Source: Haplodiscus bocki
Taxonomy: Eukaryota
Assembly (NCBI GenBank): GCA_965655095.1
Contig: OZ296648.1
Coordinates: 166,160,001 to 166,224,000 of the forward strand
DNA length: 64,000 nucleotides
Direction: 5' to 3'
The notes beneath the pieces are model-generated. The model had not been told where the DNA came from. It did not search any database and saw only the letters and a program-made list of their open reading frames with translations. The position numbers were made by a program, and so were the translations under genes. Positions 62,563-64,000 of the stretch are shown here, one piece after another. Positions within the stretch are counted from its first letter, which is position 1. Each line of letters starts with the position of its first letter.

Positions 62563-63294
62563 ATGGATAAGAATAAAAATTGTTCTGTATGTAACACAAA
62601 ATTAGATATAAATATTTATAAGAAAGATAGAACTGTTTGTAAGGATTGTTATAAAAAAAAGAAAAGAAAAAACAATTTAATTCAACAACCAAAAATTGAA
62701 AACGGAAATGATATCAATAACAATCGAACACTATTAGTCGGTTCTAGTTTTGCAGGTTAGACATATTTGATGTTAAAAATTCTTCCACGAATGATAGATC
62801 GAGATATTTATGTAATCACTAAATCACTTCCAGAAAAGTATACCAATTCTAAAATCAAAATTAAAGAAATAAGCGATGAAATTAAACCTCTAAACGAATA
62901 CGAAAACGGTATCATAGTTTTTGATGATATTTTAGGCTCGTCAAACAGCAGACTTATAGACCAATTTTTCAATAGAGGAAGATATAACAATTTAGACATT
63001 TATTATTTATCACAATCCTATTTTGATCTGCCAAAAAGAACAAAACGAAATAATAGTAATAAAATTATTCTGTTTAATCAAACGTTAAAAGATATTGAAC
63101 ATATATATAGAGATGTTGCAGGTTATGATATGAATTATGATGAATTTAAAGAATTATGTAGAAAATCATGGGAAGAAGATTATAACTATCTTTATATTGA
63201 TAGATCTAAAAAAAGAGATCAAGGAAAATATTGTATTTGTAATGAAAGCAAAAAAACATATATAGACGCAACACCTCAGACGAAACCTTTTTGA
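62563..63294 (+). pseudogene. A32/FtsK-like DNA packaging ATPase with N-terminal CxxC-CxxC finger; stop at the Walker A lysine
   Basis: CSVC...CKDC; LLVGSSFAG*T (Walker A, TAG at 62758-62760); IIVFDD (Walker B); RGRY...YYLSQSYFDLPK..RNN. Confidence 0.9.
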
Positions 63295-63383
63295 AAACAT
63301 ATGACACACATTCACAAAAGTTATGGATAAATACAAATATACGGGTGTGATTAATATAAACGATTACATTCTCATTCTTTTAA

Positions 63384-64000
63384 ATTTTATATTCGATTAA
63401 AGATAGAGAAGATTTAGAAAATTTAAACGAGTTAGTCTCGTTACAAGATCAAGTGAAAGTTGTTAGATTACAAGATAAGCTTGGTAAACAGAACTTTCAC
63501 GAAGATATGAAAAAAGTATTTGAACCAGTTAGTTAATCACTTGAAAATACATCTAAAAATATAACAAATGCTATCACGGAAGCTTCTATTAAAAACAACC
63601 AAGAATTAGAAAATTTAAACGACAAACTTCTTGAAATAATGAATGATAGAGGAATATTAGCATCTTATTTGATGTCTCCTTTATCTAAAATCACTAATCC
63701 TGAAAATAATAGTCAATTTAAACTAGTAAAAGATCATAATTCAAATAGAGTAAACGATTTGTTAATGAAGAATAAAATACCAATTACTTTATATGGCAAT
63801 ATGTTAACTTTTCGTGATACAAATAAACAAATTGAATTGAAAGGAGATCTTTTGGAAATGATAACTAATAGTAAATATAACGTTGATCTTGCTAGTTTAT
63901 CAGATAAAAGATTAATGTATGATTTTGCAAAAGAAATGCATTTTGATACAAAAGCTGTAGGTAAAAAATCTACTCGAGATAAAACTCTTATCAAATTACT
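63384..64000 (+). pseudogene. Polinton hypothetical coiled-coil protein, truncated by window edge
   Basis: (M)LYSIKDREDLENLNELVSLQDQV...KVFEPVS*SLE... open to the window end apart from TAA at 63534. The start context is TAAATT (mutated TAAATG). Confidence 0.65.

Larger units (their letters stand above)
53340..64000 (+). mobile_element. Endogenous Polinton/Maverick (adintovirus-like) element, left part; continues beyond the window
   Basis: Compact intronless AT-rich gene cluster with adenain protease, two pentons, pVI-like protein and A32 ATPase, preceded by tandem repeat blocks. The left boundary is inferred. Confidence 0.88.

Overview
AT-rich, transposon-dense eukaryotic DNA that looks like an invertebrate animal. 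It has one apparently intact host gene, a GT31 beta-1,3-galactosyltransferase-like ORF (23999-25132, minus). 1-12838: a decayed but structurally complete envelope-bearing Ty3/Gypsy LTR element (LTR-PBS-gag-PR-RT-RH-[TARG1/OARD1-type macrodomain]-IN-env-extra ORF-LTR), with splice acceptors ahead of env and the extra ORF. 13-38 kb: nested MITE/foldback elements, tRNA-derived heads, old CR1/L2 LINE relics and a small Polinton relic. 39026-45918: a young 7-copy ~989-bp tandem array built from a tRNA-like head plus a CR1 RT fragment. 48.7-52.6 kb: a near full-length decayed CR1-like LINE (minus). From ~53340 to the window end: the left part of a lightly decayed endogenous Polinton/adintovirus-like virus. 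It has a terminal-region hairpin, a Pol III tRNA-like unit, 51-bp and 28-bp repeat blocks, an adenain protease, two penton paralogs, a pVI-like protein, a membrane protein with LYPTAPL late domains and an A32/FtsK ATPase. All 12 of its intact start codons lie in the poxvirus-late-type motif TAAATG. The major capsid, pPolB and integrase genes are not in the window. All homology calls come from motif recognition by eye; no searches were run.
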